From positions 64,001 to 128,000 of the forward strand of contig CAVVKN010000022.1 of assembly GCA_963748825.1 (NCBI GenBank): 64,000 bases of DNA. Direction: 5' to 3'. The notes beneath the pieces are model-generated. The model was given only the letters and a program-made list of their open reading frames with translations, did no database searches and was not told where the DNA came from. Position numbers and translations under genes: made by a program. Numbering within the stretch: the first letter of the stretch is position 1; each line of letters starts with the position of its first letter. The stretch comes from Methanotrichaceae archaeon. Its GTDB lineage: Archaea > Halobacteriota > Methanosarcinia > Methanotrichales > Methanotrichaceae. Below, piece after piece: positions 30,419 to 41,400 of this stretch.

Positions 30419-32134
30419 TCAGGCCAGGAGGAAGTGTAGGGCCGTTCCGACCAAGAGCGCCGCCACCAGCCGGAGTGCCACGGATTTCAGGGTTCCAGAG
30501 ACGCCCAGCTCCTTCAGCATCACCATGAAGGTGGCCACACATGGAAAATACATGGCCAGCACCACAGAGGCGACCACTAGTTGCACCGCCGTCATGTCCA
30601 GAGGTGCGAACATGCCGATACCCACATCCTTTCTCAAGAAGCCGATGATCAATGCCGTAGCGGCGTCGCTTGGCAGCCCTAAAAGGCCGGACACGACCGG
30701 CCGCAATGCCTCGCCGATGAGACGCATCAAGCCGGAGAGGTAAAAGAAGTTCATCACTATCATGCCTAACGCAATGTAAGGCACAGCCTCTTTCAAAAAT
30801 TCGCGAATGCGAATAAATGTCTTTTTGAGCAGCGAACTTAAGTTTGGCATGCGGTAGGGTGGGATCTCTAAAAATATCTCGGGAGACTCTCCCCCGATAA
30901 ACCTGTGCAGCAGGAAACCTGTCACCGCGAAGGTGGTGAAGAGAGACATGTACACGGCGAAAATGTACCTCAGGCCGTAGGGGGCCAGCATGCCAAATAT
31001 CATGGCCGATTGCGAGGCGCAGGGAATGGCCATGGTCATAAGCGTGGCCGCCAGATACCTCTGCTTGGGCGACTCCAGGATGCGCACGGAGAGGACGGCC
31101 GGCACACTGCAGCCCATGCCCAGGACGCAGGGCAGAATGGCCGCCCCATGCAGTCCGATCCTGTGCATGAAAGCGTCCAAAATGATGCTCAGCCGGGGAA
31201 GGTAGCCGATGTCCTCCAGGACTCCCAGCACCAGGTAAAAGGGAATGAGGAAAGGCAGGACAACGCCTAACGGAATATAGAGGCCGGTGGTGAGAATGCC
31301 GAAGGACTTGAGCAGCTCAGGAGACGTTCCGATCAAAATGTCATGCAGCAAGGGCGAACTGATGTGGTTTTCCACGACTTCAGTGATGAACTGGGTGTAA
31401 ACGATGAATATCGGGTCGGTGATCTTCACTTGCAGCAGCTCTCCCGTTTTGATCACCAGGCTGAAGGAGAAATAGAGCACCAGCAAAGCGATGGGAATTC
31501 CCGTCAACGGTTTAATGGAAATGTCTTCCAGCTGGTCAAAGAGAGATGGGTGGCGGTGCATGACCTTCTGCGTCCTGGCCGCGATCTCGCCGATGCGCGC
31601 CCATCTCTGATCCGAGGAGGCAAAGTGCATGATGGGAGGCGTCTTCGCTTTGGCCAGGGCCCCAACCAGGTCGCGGATGCCCTGGCCGCTCACGGCCACT
31701 GTGGGAACTACGGGGACGCCCAATTCCGTCTCCAGGGCGGCTACATCGATCTCGATGCCTTTTCTGGTTGCTGCGTCCCAGAGGTTGAGGGCGACAACGG
31801 TAGGCACACCCCACTCCAGGATCTGCAAGGTGAGGTTGAGGTTTCTCTCCAGATTGGTGGCATCGATGACGTTCACCACCACATCCGCGCCCTTCAAGAA
31901 GATCTTGCGGCTGACCTCTTCCACTCGGGAGGTTGGGTCGAGGGAATAGACTCCGGGAGCATCCACTAGGGTGGCCATCTGCTCGCCCAATTTCATGCGC
32001 CCTTCCGTGTACTCCACGGTGGTGCCGGGGTAGTTGGCGGAGATGACCTCGATTCCCGTCAGCCGGGAGAAGATGACGCTCTTTCCCACGTTGGGGTTGC
32101 CCATGAGGAGTATCTTCAGGGCCGTGTGCTCCAT
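30419..32134 (-). CDS. feoB: Ferrous iron transporter B
   Basis: GNPNVGKS, NYPGTTVE, DAPG, LEDIGYLPR, GCSVPA, EIPPYRMP, YFPCVAT. Confidence 0.95.
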   Translation of the reverse strand: MEHTALKILLMGNPNVGKSVIFSRLTGIEVISANYPGTTVEYTEGRMKLGEQMATLVDAPGVYSLDPTSRVEEVSRKIFLKGADVVVNVIDATNLERNLNLTLQILEWGVPTVVALNLWDAATRKGIEIDVAALETELGVPVVPTVAVSGQGIRDLVGALAKAKTPPIMHFASSDQRWARIGEIAARTQKVMHRHPSLFDQLEDISIKPLTGIPIALLVLYFSFSLVIKTGELLQVKITDPIFIVYTQFITEVVENHISSPLLHDILIGTSPELLKSFGILTTGLYIPLGVVLPFLIPFYLVLGVLEDIGYLPRLSIILDAFMHRIGLHGAAILPCVLGMGCSVPAVLSVRILESPKQRYLAATLMTMAIPCASQSAMIFGMLAPYGLRYIFAVYMSLFTTFAVTGFLLHRFIGGESPEIFLEIPPYRMPNLSSLLKKTFIRIREFLKEAVPYIALGMIVMNFFYLSGLMRLIGEALRPVVSGLLGLPSDAATALIIGFLRKDVGIGMFAPLDMTAVQLVVASVVLAMYFPCVATFMVMLKELGVSGTLKSVALRLVAALLVGTALHFLLA

Positions 32135-32341
32135 TGGTCGGGTCTCATACTTAGGATATTCATTTCATGGTTAGGATATTTTATACTTAACTGGTGCGGT
32201 GCAGAGAATCTGATTTCAGATAAACAGGTTACCACACCAAATAGCCAAGAAAAAAAGATGGTGAGACAAGGGAACGCAAAGCCCGAATTCGCAAAGGTTC
32301 CTTATCTTTCTGGTTTTGCCATTCAATTGAACTAGACTGTT

Positions 32342-32905
32342 TCAGATCATCTTAACTTGGATTGTATTCAGCAGGTTCTCACTCAGATTCATCGGGATAT
32401 TGGCAAGAATCTCTACTTTGGTCATTCCCACGGAGATGTTGTAAGTCTCAATTTCTTTGCTGTCCAGCCAATATTTTGCAATAGTTGTATTTACGACTTT
32501 GCCGTCTTTCTCATATGTTTCGATAGCTACAAGGCCTGGTTTGCCATCAATAATACTCTCGGATAAGTTGCCATCCATTATTGTTCCGATGGCTTTCTCG
32601 TAATTCAAGGCGAGGTTTAGGTATCTGAGATCTTGAGATAGATCTGCGCATTCCCAGACCGTTTGATTAATTACAGCAATAACAGCTTGGGTATCGTTAG
32701 CAAATTTTATATTTAAGCTTGAAGTGGTGTTCGCATCATCCCAATTCGGTGATACCGAATATTCCATTGTTGTATTCAGGTCAAATGAGACGTTGTAAGG
32801 CCCAACAGATACTTCCTCAGTCTTTGCCGATGCACCTGCAACCAGCAAGACCATTAAAATTAAAACATGCATCATCTTCATTATTAATCCTCCGGTATTT
32901 CTCAT
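32342..32905 (-). CDS. Secreted hypothetical protein
   Basis: Signal peptide, GPYNVSFDLNT, IDGKPG, LLNTIQV. Confidence 0.7.
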   Translation of the reverse strand: MRNTGGLIMKMMHVLILMVLLVAGASAKTEEVSVGPYNVSFDLNTTMEYSVSPNWDDANTTSSLNIKFANDTQAVIAVINQTVWECADLSQDLRYLNLALNYEKAIGTIMDGNLSESIIDGKPGLVAIETYEKDGKVVNTTIAKYWLDSKEIETYNISVGMTKVEILANIPMNLSENLLNTIQVKMI

Positions 32906-33029
32906 GACAAGAAATTTTTTCCACTAATAGTAATATGTTCTATTGCAATTATATATAGTTAAGGATTGATGCTGTAAGGAAAATGATGCAGTTAATTCTT
33001 GTATGTATTGCGATCAAAATAGATGAATG

Positions 33030-33365
33030 CGCAAAACCTCCTGGGTCTTCTACCAGATCTCGTCATTGCGGGCACATCGCGGGTCTCTAGATAAGCTTCA
33101 GGGTGCTTCGACTGTGGCACCTTTACCCTGGCGATGGCTTCTACCAGTCGTAGAAACGGCGCCCATAAGACCGGAGCCACGGGAAAGCCAATTCATTCGC
33201 CCTTCAGTGTACTCCAAGGTGGTGCAGGGGGTAGTTAGCAGAGATGACCGCGATTCCCGTTAGCCGGGAGAAGATGACGCTCTTTCCCAATGGAATTTCC
33301 CATGAGCAGGATCTTCGGGGTAGGAGTCTCCATTGGTTGGTTATCATGCTTAGGATATTCATTTT
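33030..33365 (-). pseudogene. Decayed, internally deleted second copy of the feoB 5' region
   Basis: 33188-33365 aligns with 31987-32166 including upstream TTAGGATATTCATTT; 33036-33085 resembles ~31563-31610. Confidence 0.8.
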
Positions 33366-33586
33366 ATTAATACCATTACTATCAATCGGGTTGAACTCAG
33401 CTCAAAAATTGCCACATTTCATAAAGATCAAGGCACTTGAAACATAAAGTTCAAATAGTATTAGGATAAATCAGTATTAAAAAAATTAGTTTGAAATAAA
33501 GAATAGCAAGAGATGCGGGTATTCTTCAACCGTCTGAGGGGATGGATGCAGCTTTCCCGAAATCCTGCTTGAATCAACCGGCTTAA

Positions 33587-34066
33587 ATGAAGGGGGAGGA
33601 TAAAACGTCAATGTTGATACCTATCGGCATAGTTATGCTGAGTGGCGCAGTAGGCGGAATTGTGAATGCACTGGTGAGCGACAACGGTTTTGTCAGGCCC
33701 AGTGAGGAGACGGCGGGCGATGTCACCATAATCCGCCCCGGCTTTGCAGGCAACATACTTCTGGGAGCCATGGCCGCCTTCATCTCCTGGGGCCTTTACG
33801 GAGCCTTCAGCAATGCGATAATCTGGGGTGCGAACACGGGAATGGGAATGGAGGATATAACCGTCTCCATCTCATCCATCGCCGGCGCAGTCCTGGTGGG
33901 GATAGGCGGAGCCCGCTGGCTGACCAACGAGGTGGACAAGAAGCTGCTGCGAACAGCAGCGTCCGCGGCTGCCGCCTCCAAGGCGTCGTTTGACGATTCC
34001 CAGAGGATTGCCCGGGCCACCCCGGCCCAGGCATTCAATATCGCCAAGAAGATGTACAAAGAGTGA
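33587..34066 (+). CDS. Hypothetical membrane protein
   Basis: Three Gly-rich TM segments (GAVGGIVNAL, GAMAAFISWG, GIGGARWL). Confidence 0.7.
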   Translation: MKGEDKTSMLIPIGIVMLSGAVGGIVNALVSDNGFVRPSEETAGDVTIIRPGFAGNILLGAMAAFISWGLYGAFSNAIIWGANTGMGMEDITVSISSIAGAVLVGIGGARWLTNEVDKKLLRTAASAAAASKASFDDSQRIARATPAQAFNIAKKMYKE

Positions 34067-34082
34067 GAAACTAAAGGCCTGA

Positions 34083-34910
34083 ATGGGCCATTACAATCAC
34101 AGAGTGCATGCGGGCAATGCTGGGGACGTCTGGAAGCATTTCCTCCTGCTGGAGGCGGCAGATTGCCTCCTCGACCCCGACGGCAGGCTGGTTTATGCGG
34201 AAAGCCATGTGGGACGTCCCGAGTATGCCCTGAGAGCGCCCGGTGATTGGGAAGGTGGAATAGGCAAAATATGGCCGCGTTTGCCTTCCCTCAGAAATTT
34301 TTGCTATTTTGATATCATGGCTGATTTGAATCCCGAAAAACCGTATTCATTCCCCCATTCAGAACCGGTTTTGAGCCCCTTGCTTTATCCCGGATCGGCC
34401 CGCCTTATCTATGAGCTGGCGAAGAGGAAAGGAGCAAGTCTGCAAGCCGATGTTTGGGATAATGATCCGGGTGTAGCCAGCTCTTGGGAGAGCTTTACTC
34501 AGGCGGCAGCGGCAAAGTCTACTGGGTCATTTCAGCCGGCTAAAATCGTCTTTCACCAGGGAGACGGCTTTCTTGGAGTGCTGTCCCGGCTGAGAAGATC
34601 TCCTGCGGGACTCCTTCTCATCGATCCTCCGTACATTGATCCCGAAGATGTCCGGCTCGCCGAGAAGCTGCTGCAAAGAGCGAAAGACCTGGGATGGATT
34701 GTGCTCTGGTGGTACATGATGGACATGAAGACCGCGCCGGATGACTTGCAGACATTCGAGCTGCAATTTGCCGAGGCAGGGCTTGAAGGCGGAAGATGGA
34801 AAGGAGCTGTCGTGGCTTTTGCCGGAGGTGATAGCGAGCGGTTTGACCATCTCATTAGCCACGTTCACCTGCAAATACAAAATTTCATCAGAATACTTAA
34901 ATTGGAATAA
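34083..34910 (+). CDS. RlmJ-like adenine-N6 methyltransferase
   Basis: YNHRVHAGNAGDVWKH, YPGS, DGF, LIDPPY. Confidence 0.8.
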   Translation: MGHYNHRVHAGNAGDVWKHFLLLEAADCLLDPDGRLVYAESHVGRPEYALRAPGDWEGGIGKIWPRLPSLRNFCYFDIMADLNPEKPYSFPHSEPVLSPLLYPGSARLIYELAKRKGASLQADVWDNDPGVASSWESFTQAAAAKSTGSFQPAKIVFHQGDGFLGVLSRLRRSPAGLLLIDPPYIDPEDVRLAEKLLQRAKDLGWIVLWWYMMDMKTAPDDLQTFELQFAEAGLEGGRWKGAVVAFAGGDSERFDHLISHVHLQIQNFIRILKLE

Positions 34911-34926
34911 TCCAGAAAGATATCTG

Positions 34927-36924
34927 ATGGAGCAAGAGCTGCTAAAAGATGTAGTGGTCATATTCGTACTGTCTGTTGCAGTTCTCTTCCTATTCCACAG
35001 GCTTCGGGCACCTACAATTGTGGGCTTTCTGCTTACCGGGATTTTGGCTGGACCGCAAGGTTTCGGCCTGATAAGTGCCTCGGAACAGGTAGCCATCTTA
35101 GCTGAGATTGGCGTGGTCCTTCTCCTCTTCACAGTTGGAATGGAGGTCTCTCTCAAGGATCTCCTGAAGATCAAGAAATATGTTCTTGTGGGCGGATCGC
35201 TCCAGGTAATTCTGACTATTTTAGTAGTTTTTGCCATTCTTCTAAGGATGCAGGTGCCCATTGGAGAGGCACTGATGCTAGGCTTTCTCATATCTTTGAG
35301 CAGCACGGCCATCGTTCTTCGCATCATTCAGAAAAAAGAGCAATTCGATAGCGTCTATGGCCGGACGACCCTGAGCATACTGATCTTTCAAGATATTGCC
35401 GTCGTTCCCATGATGCTAATTGTGCCGCTGCTTCCTGGGGCGATGCAGACGACGCTGCAATCGCCCTTGCTGATTTTGGCCAAAGTCCTGGGCCTGATCG
35501 CTCTGGTAATACTGAGCGCCAAGTGGATTGTGCCCCAAATTCTCTATCACATCGCCAAGACGGGGGACCGAGAGCTGTTTCTTCTCAGCATCGTTGCCAT
35601 CTGTCTTAGCGTGGCCTGGATAAGCTCGCTGGCCGGGCTATCATTGGGCCTCGGCGCTTTTTTTGCCGGGCTTATAATATCCGAGTCGCCCTACAGTCAC
35701 CAGGCCTTTGGCAATGTGATGCCCCTTCGTGACGCTTTTACCAGCTTCTTCTTCATCTCCATAGGCATGCTCCTCGACCTGAATTATCTCCTGCAAAATC
35801 CGGTTTATATAATTTTGGCCGCATTGGCAGTTATGGCTCTAAAAGCCTTAGTCGCCGGCTTTACTGTTTCCATTTTAGGCCTGCCGCTGCGCATAAGCGT
35901 CCTTGTGGGACTGGCTTTATGTCAGATCGGTGAATTCTCTTTCATACTGTCCAAAACAGGTTTTGATAGCGGCATCATCTCCGTGGAAGTCTACCAGCTT
36001 TTCCTCGATGTTGCCGTGCTGACCATGGGTGCCACATCCATCCTCATGGCTGTTTCACCAAAGGTGGCAGACAGCTTTTTAAGGCTTCCCATCCCGGATA
36101 GATTGAGAAATAGAACACTGCCCATGGCGGTAGCAAGAGATCCTCAATGGAGAGATCACCTGGTCATCATCGGCTACGGTGTAAATGGCAGGAACGTGGC
36201 CATGTCTGCCCGGTCGGAAGGCATACCATTTGTCATAGTTGAAATGGATCCGGACATAGTGATGCGGGAAGAGAAAAAGGGGGAGCCGATCCGTTTCGGC
36301 GATGCCTCCCAGGAAGCCGTACTGCAATATGTCGGAATTAAAAGCGCAAGAGTGGCGGCAATAGCCATATCAGATCCTGCAGCTACTCGCAGGATAACGG
36401 AGCTGGCGAGAAGGATGAATCCCGGCCTGTTTCTCATCGTCAGAACGCGCTACCTGCAAGAGATGAATCCACTAAAGGAACTGGGAGCAGACGAGGTCAT
36501 ACCAGAGGAATACGAGACCTCCATAGAGATCTTCGCCCGGGTGCTGGAGCGCTATAATGTGCCCAGAGAAAAGATCGAGCAGTTCATTGATCACATCAGG
36601 TTGGAGGGCTATGAGATGTTTCGGAGCCCTTCCCAGGAACCGTACTGCAATGCCAATTTAAGCATGTTGAGCGATGAGATACGCTCCTTTAAGGTTCTAC
36701 CCGGATCACAGGCTGAAGGAAAATCGATTGCATCGGCAAGCCTGGAAGGGCAGGGCATCAAATTTTTAGCCCTGCACAGAGATCTGCAGACGATACCTAA
36801 TCCGGATAGCAAAATGCTGCTACAAGCAGATGATGTTGCCGTTCTCATGGGACCGGGAGAGAAAATAGACCAGGCGGGAAGATGGTTTTCGGATTCTATC
36901 ATATTGCCCCAAATTTACCGTTAA
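34927..36924 (+). CDS. CPA2 (KefC-like) cation:proton antiporter with RCK/TrkA domains
   Basis: AEIGVVLLLF, SLSSTAIV, FQDIAVV, QIGEFSF, IIGYGVNG. Confidence 0.9.
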   Translation: MEQELLKDVVVIFVLSVAVLFLFHRLRAPTIVGFLLTGILAGPQGFGLISASEQVAILAEIGVVLLLFTVGMEVSLKDLLKIKKYVLVGGSLQVILTILVVFAILLRMQVPIGEALMLGFLISLSSTAIVLRIIQKKEQFDSVYGRTTLSILIFQDIAVVPMMLIVPLLPGAMQTTLQSPLLILAKVLGLIALVILSAKWIVPQILYHIAKTGDRELFLLSIVAICLSVAWISSLAGLSLGLGAFFAGLIISESPYSHQAFGNVMPLRDAFTSFFFISIGMLLDLNYLLQNPVYIILAALAVMALKALVAGFTVSILGLPLRISVLVGLALCQIGEFSFILSKTGFDSGIISVEVYQLFLDVAVLTMGATSILMAVSPKVADSFLRLPIPDRLRNRTLPMAVARDPQWRDHLVIIGYGVNGRNVAMSARSEGIPFVIVEMDPDIVMREEKKGEPIRFGDASQEAVLQYVGIKSARVAAIAISDPAATRRITELARRMNPGLFLIVRTRYLQEMNPLKELGADEVIPEEYETSIEIFARVLERYNVPREKIEQFIDHIRLEGYEMFRSPSQEPYCNANLSMLSDEIRSFKVLPGSQAEGKSIASASLEGQGIKFLALHRDLQTIPNPDSKMLLQADDVAVLMGPGEKIDQAGRWFSDSIILPQIYR

Positions 36925-36999
36925 GTTTATCAGTTCTCTTGAGGATTTATTCGCATAAGGGGATCTCTACTGCGCAAAGCCTACCGTCTCACACTATCA

Positions 37000-38640
37000 T
37001 TGCTGCTCGTTTTGCTGATTTACAGCCTCGTCTTCATGGCACTGATGAGCCTTGAGGGCCAGTCCCAGAATGTGAATATTGCCACGGCTGTCTACTGGGT
37101 GGTGGTGACCATGACCACGCTGGGCTTTGGAGATATCGTCTTCAAAACCCCGATAGGATACTTTTTTACGATCATAGTATCTCTCTCAGGAATTGCCATT
37201 CTCTGGGCAGTGGTGGTTCCACTGGGCATAACTCCCAATCTGGAGCGATTGATCCGGGCCGCTCCCTCTTCCGCCCCGGAGAAGATGAACGGCCACATAA
37301 TTATTTCCGGATACAATCCCATTGTGGAGACATTAGCAGAGAGATTTTCTCTGCTGAAGATACCGTTTTTAATCATCGAGCGCAGAGAGAGCGTAGCCAG
37401 AAGCATCTATAAGAATTATCCCGTGCTCTGGGGAGATCCTTCCCAGGCAGAGGTGCAACGAAAATCGAGCATCAGCTCCGCCCGGCTCTTCATAGCCAAC
37501 GAAAATGACGAGCTGAATGCCGAGGTCATTTTAACATTACGAGAAGTCTCGGATATTGAGATCATAGCTCTGGTAGACGATCTGACCAGATCCAGGTTCC
37601 TGAGATATGCGGGAGCCTCCCGCATCATCTCGCCTAAAACACTGCTCGGGACTTTCATCGCCCAGATCACCTCTCTGCCTATGAGAAATGTATTTCCGGG
37701 ATCCATCCAGCTCTTTGGCGATCTTCTCCTGGTGGAGTTGCCCATCTATCCGGGTGCGGAGTTGATCGGAGAGAAGCTGGAGGAAATAGGCATAAAGAGA
37801 TCGGGCGCAGGCATCGTGGGCATCTGGCAAAGAGGAGTCTTTCATCCTAGCCCCGGGCCCGAGGAGACCGTGCATTCCAACTCGGTGCTGATGGCAGTGG
37901 GAAATATCGAGCAGCTTTCCGCCATCAGGGATCTCACCTTAGGCACTCGCAAGGAGGGCCCTCAAATAATCCTGGGATATGGGGATGTGGGAAAACGGGT
38001 GGCTGCAGTTCTATCGGACTGCGGAACAAATCCAACGATCCTGGACCGGCGTGATTTAACAGAAACCGCCTTTGTGCATATAGTCGGCGATGCTACGGAA
38101 GAGGCCGATCTACTGCAAGCAGGAATCAAAGAAGCGGTGGGTGTTCTGATCATGCTCAACTTAGACTCGGATGCCATTTATGCCACACTTCTCGCCAAAA
38201 ATCTTAACCCTCATGCTTTTGTGGTGGTGAGAGCCAATCACCTCAGGTCGGCCGAGAATATCTACCGGGCCGGTGCGGACTATGTAGCATCCGTGCCAAT
38301 CGTAGCCAGCCACATGCTGGCCAGGATCATCCAGGGAGAAGAGGAGAAGCTGGATCTCTTATATGAGGATCTTGAGCTGAAGATATTCCATGTAAGCAAG
38401 AGGTCGCGCTTAGCGGGAAGAACCCTGGGGGAGCTGGATCTGCCACAGATGTTCGGCTGCCGGGCGGTAGCTCTGGAGCGGATGGGCCAGGCCATTGCTG
38501 TGCCGGACATAAAGACGGTAGTAGAAGGAGGCGATATTCTGGCACTGATGGGCAGCCCGAAGGGCATTGAGGCCTTCAGCCGGAAATACGATCGAAGGAA
38601 AGACTGGAAGAAGAGAATGAAGATCCTGCTGCAATTTTAA
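37000..38640 (+). CDS. Potassium channel with tandem RCK/TrkA-N/C domains
   Basis: TMTTLGFGD selectivity filter, ILGYGDVG, GADYV. Confidence 0.9.
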   Translation: MLLVLLIYSLVFMALMSLEGQSQNVNIATAVYWVVVTMTTLGFGDIVFKTPIGYFFTIIVSLSGIAILWAVVVPLGITPNLERLIRAAPSSAPEKMNGHIIISGYNPIVETLAERFSLLKIPFLIIERRESVARSIYKNYPVLWGDPSQAEVQRKSSISSARLFIANENDELNAEVILTLREVSDIEIIALVDDLTRSRFLRYAGASRIISPKTLLGTFIAQITSLPMRNVFPGSIQLFGDLLLVELPIYPGAELIGEKLEEIGIKRSGAGIVGIWQRGVFHPSPGPEETVHSNSVLMAVGNIEQLSAIRDLTLGTRKEGPQIILGYGDVGKRVAAVLSDCGTNPTILDRRDLTETAFVHIVGDATEEADLLQAGIKEAVGVLIMLNLDSDAIYATLLAKNLNPHAFVVVRANHLRSAENIYRAGADYVASVPIVASHMLARIIQGEEEKLDLLYEDLELKIFHVSKRSRLAGRTLGELDLPQMFGCRAVALERMGQAIAVPDIKTVVEGGDILALMGSPKGIEAFSRKYDRRKDWKKRMKILLQF

Positions 38641-38745
38641 TGGCGAGAGATTCCAGGACGTTCTTGAGCTGATACAGTATATTTTTAAGCCATTCTGGCA
38701 ATGTTCAAGTAAAATAACATCGGATATTTGTTGAGAGATAAGATC

Positions 38746-39816
38746 ATGACGCTCCGTCTGATAGAGATTGGCCTCCCTAAAAATAAGCAACACGCAGTGG
38801 AAGAGCTAATAAGCGGTAGAAAGGAAGTGCTCGATTTAACAATTCAGCCAGCGGTAGGTTTCTGGAAGATTCCGGTACAGGGTGACTGGAAGACCCGCTT
38901 TTCGACCGATAAAATTCTTATCAGGATGCTGGTGCTGACAGAGGGAAGCCAAAACCTGCTCGATCTGCTGGAAGAAGCGTTCTCAGAGGAGGACGGCTTC
39001 AGGATAAATATCTTCGCGCTGGAGGCATCCTTTCCCAGTATCTCCGAGGAGGACAAGATTGAGGCAGACTCTTCGGATGAGGAGGAAAAAAAACATAAGG
39101 GAAGGGTGAGCCGGGAAGAGCTGCATGATGATCTGGAGAAGGGAGCCATGACCTCCAAAATTTATATTTCTATGATAATCCTCTCTTCAATTGTTGCAGC
39201 AATCGGAGTCATCAATAATAACGTGGCAGTGATAATTGGGGCTATGGTTATAGCTCCTATGCTAACACCCAATGTTTCCCTGTCTTTGGCGACAGCTCTT
39301 GGTGATTTGTCGCTGGCGAAGAGCGCCCTCAAAACCATCTTTTTGGGCATTTTCATCGCCATAGTTCTATCTTTTGCTCTTGGACTCTTACTACCAGTAG
39401 ATCCTTCTTTGCAGGAGATATCATCCAGAACCAGTTTAGGGCTAATGGACATCGTCCTGGCATTGGCTTCCGGCGCAGCAGGAGCTTTATCCTTTACATC
39501 AGCCGCTCCCGCCGTCCTTATCGGTGTCGCAGTGGCGGTTGCTCTCATGCCACCCTTAGTTGTGTTTGGATTGCTTTTAGGGGCAGGCTACTATTCGCTG
39601 GCTTTGGGTGCTTTGCTCCTATTTCTGGCAAATCTCATTTCTGTTAACCTGGCAGGAGTTGTCACCTTCCTGGCCCAGGGAATTGAACCCAGGACCTGGT
39701 GGGAAGCCAAGAAAGCAAAGGAAGCCACTGTGCTAGCTATTGTGGGCTGGGTATTATTATTAGCGATTCTAATAATAATAGTGTTCTCTGGGGGCCATCA
39801 AATCCTTAAACCATGA
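38746..39816 (+). CDS. TIGR00341/DUF389 membrane protein
   Basis: SREEL, IIGAMVIAP, GVAVAVALMPP. Confidence 0.9.
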   Translation: MTLRLIEIGLPKNKQHAVEELISGRKEVLDLTIQPAVGFWKIPVQGDWKTRFSTDKILIRMLVLTEGSQNLLDLLEEAFSEEDGFRINIFALEASFPSISEEDKIEADSSDEEEKKHKGRVSREELHDDLEKGAMTSKIYISMIILSSIVAAIGVINNNVAVIIGAMVIAPMLTPNVSLSLATALGDLSLAKSALKTIFLGIFIAIVLSFALGLLLPVDPSLQEISSRTSLGLMDIVLALASGAAGALSFTSAAPAVLIGVAVAVALMPPLVVFGLLLGAGYYSLALGALLLFLANLISVNLAGVVTFLAQGIEPRTWWEAKKAKEATVLAIVGWVLLLAILIIIVFSGGHQILKP

Positions 39817-39885
39817 CCTGCCCGCATAATCCTTTGTAAAAATTTTAGGGAAATACTTATATTTTTTAACCGCAAAGGGGAAACG

Positions 39886-41370
39886 ATGCCATCAATTACC
39901 CATCTTCTAATTGGAATGATCCTGATTGCCTCTATAACCTCATCGCAGGCAACCGTCATCACCGTCGGACAGCAAGGCTGCGATTTCTACCGAATCGAAG
40001 CTGCTATCGATTCAGCCGGTCCGGGAGACATCATCGAGGTCCACAGTGGAGAATACTCCGTCAATCTGAATATAACCACTCCCTTCCTGGTTCTTCGAGG
40101 CATGGATACAGGAGAGGGCAGGCCCGTCCTGCGAGCTGGAAGTTCCACAGCCGATATCGAGGAGCGCGGCACTGGCATAACTGAGATGATTGTGAAGTCC
40201 GGGGGTACGGCCATAGCCATCCGGGAATTCGGATGCACTGTGGAAGGCTTCGACATTACAGGCGTCACCTGGCCGATTCCCTATGGATCTGGCGAGCATA
40301 ACGACCTCATAGGCAATGCTGCCATCAGAGTCTACTCCGACGGGAATACTATATCCAACAATACGTTTTACGGCAGCGACCTGACGGCCATTGGCCTATG
40401 GAATTGCAGCAACAACAAGATCATCAATAACACCATAAAAGACATCCCCTTTGGCTATGCAGTCGAGCTGTACAACTCAGATGGCAACAGCATTGAGGAC
40501 AACTTGCTGCTCCATAATGACTGGGGCATTGAGATGCAGAGAAGCGACTCAAATACTGTTGAAGGCAATGAGATAACAGATAGCATCAACGATGCCATAA
40601 GAGCCGTAAAATGCAACTTTTCCATAATTTCAGGCAATACAATTACAGGGAGCGGCTGGGAGAGCGAATATGAGGGCAATGGAAACGGCATATATCTGGT
40701 CGGATCTATGGGCCTTATTTCCGACAATATCATCCTGTTCAACAGAGGACATGGCATTTACATTGAGAGCATCTTCTGGAACAATTATCCGGCGGATGAG
40801 TCCTATGATAATTTTATCTATCGAAATAAAATTAGGGACAACGGCAAAGGCGGGATTGCCCTGGCAAAGAGCTGGCAGAATTCGCTATGGGAGAACAACA
40901 TCACAGCAAATCAAGGCGATGGCATAAGCTTCACCTTGAGCCACAACAATACAATTGAATCAAATAACATCAGCAAGAACCGGCACGGGATATTCCTGCA
41001 CCAATCCAACTATACAAAAATTGCCAATTCCACTATCATGGATGAAGCAAAAAGTGGCATTATTCTCGATCAATTCTGCATAGGAAATGCTCTTGCCGCT
41101 AACATAGTCTCCAATAACACCGAAGGCATCAATGTCTCGGGCGGCTCTTATGGGAATGCCATTTTTGGAAATAATATCACCTTAAATGCGCAGTCAGCCT
41201 GGGACGAGGGAGCCAATTCCTGGGATAAGGAAGGCAGGGGCAACTATTACGGCCAAATGGATTGCAGGGACCTGGACGGTGACGGCATTTGCGATTCGCC
41301 TTACCTGATTGCCGGCGGCTCCAGTGTGGATCGCTACCCTCTGGCGAGCTGGACGAGAACGCCCAAATGA
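39886..41370 (+). CDS. Secreted NosD-like parallel beta-helix protein
   Basis: IEAAIDSAGPGDIIEVHSGEY, Asn-rich PbH1 repeats, GNYY...DGDGICDSPY...DRYPL. Confidence 0.9.
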   Translation: MPSITHLLIGMILIASITSSQATVITVGQQGCDFYRIEAAIDSAGPGDIIEVHSGEYSVNLNITTPFLVLRGMDTGEGRPVLRAGSSTADIEERGTGITEMIVKSGGTAIAIREFGCTVEGFDITGVTWPIPYGSGEHNDLIGNAAIRVYSDGNTISNNTFYGSDLTAIGLWNCSNNKIINNTIKDIPFGYAVELYNSDGNSIEDNLLLHNDWGIEMQRSDSNTVEGNEITDSINDAIRAVKCNFSIISGNTITGSGWESEYEGNGNGIYLVGSMGLISDNIILFNRGHGIYIESIFWNNYPADESYDNFIYRNKIRDNGKGGIALAKSWQNSLWENNITANQGDGISFTLSHNNTIESNNISKNRHGIFLHQSNYTKIANSTIMDEAKSGIILDQFCIGNALAANIVSNNTEGINVSGGSYGNAIFGNNITLNAQSAWDEGANSWDKEGRGNYYGQMDCRDLDGDGICDSPYLIAGGSSVDRYPLASWTRTPK

Positions 41371-41400
41371 TCTCATCTATCCATCTCAAGAGGCAGTGAT

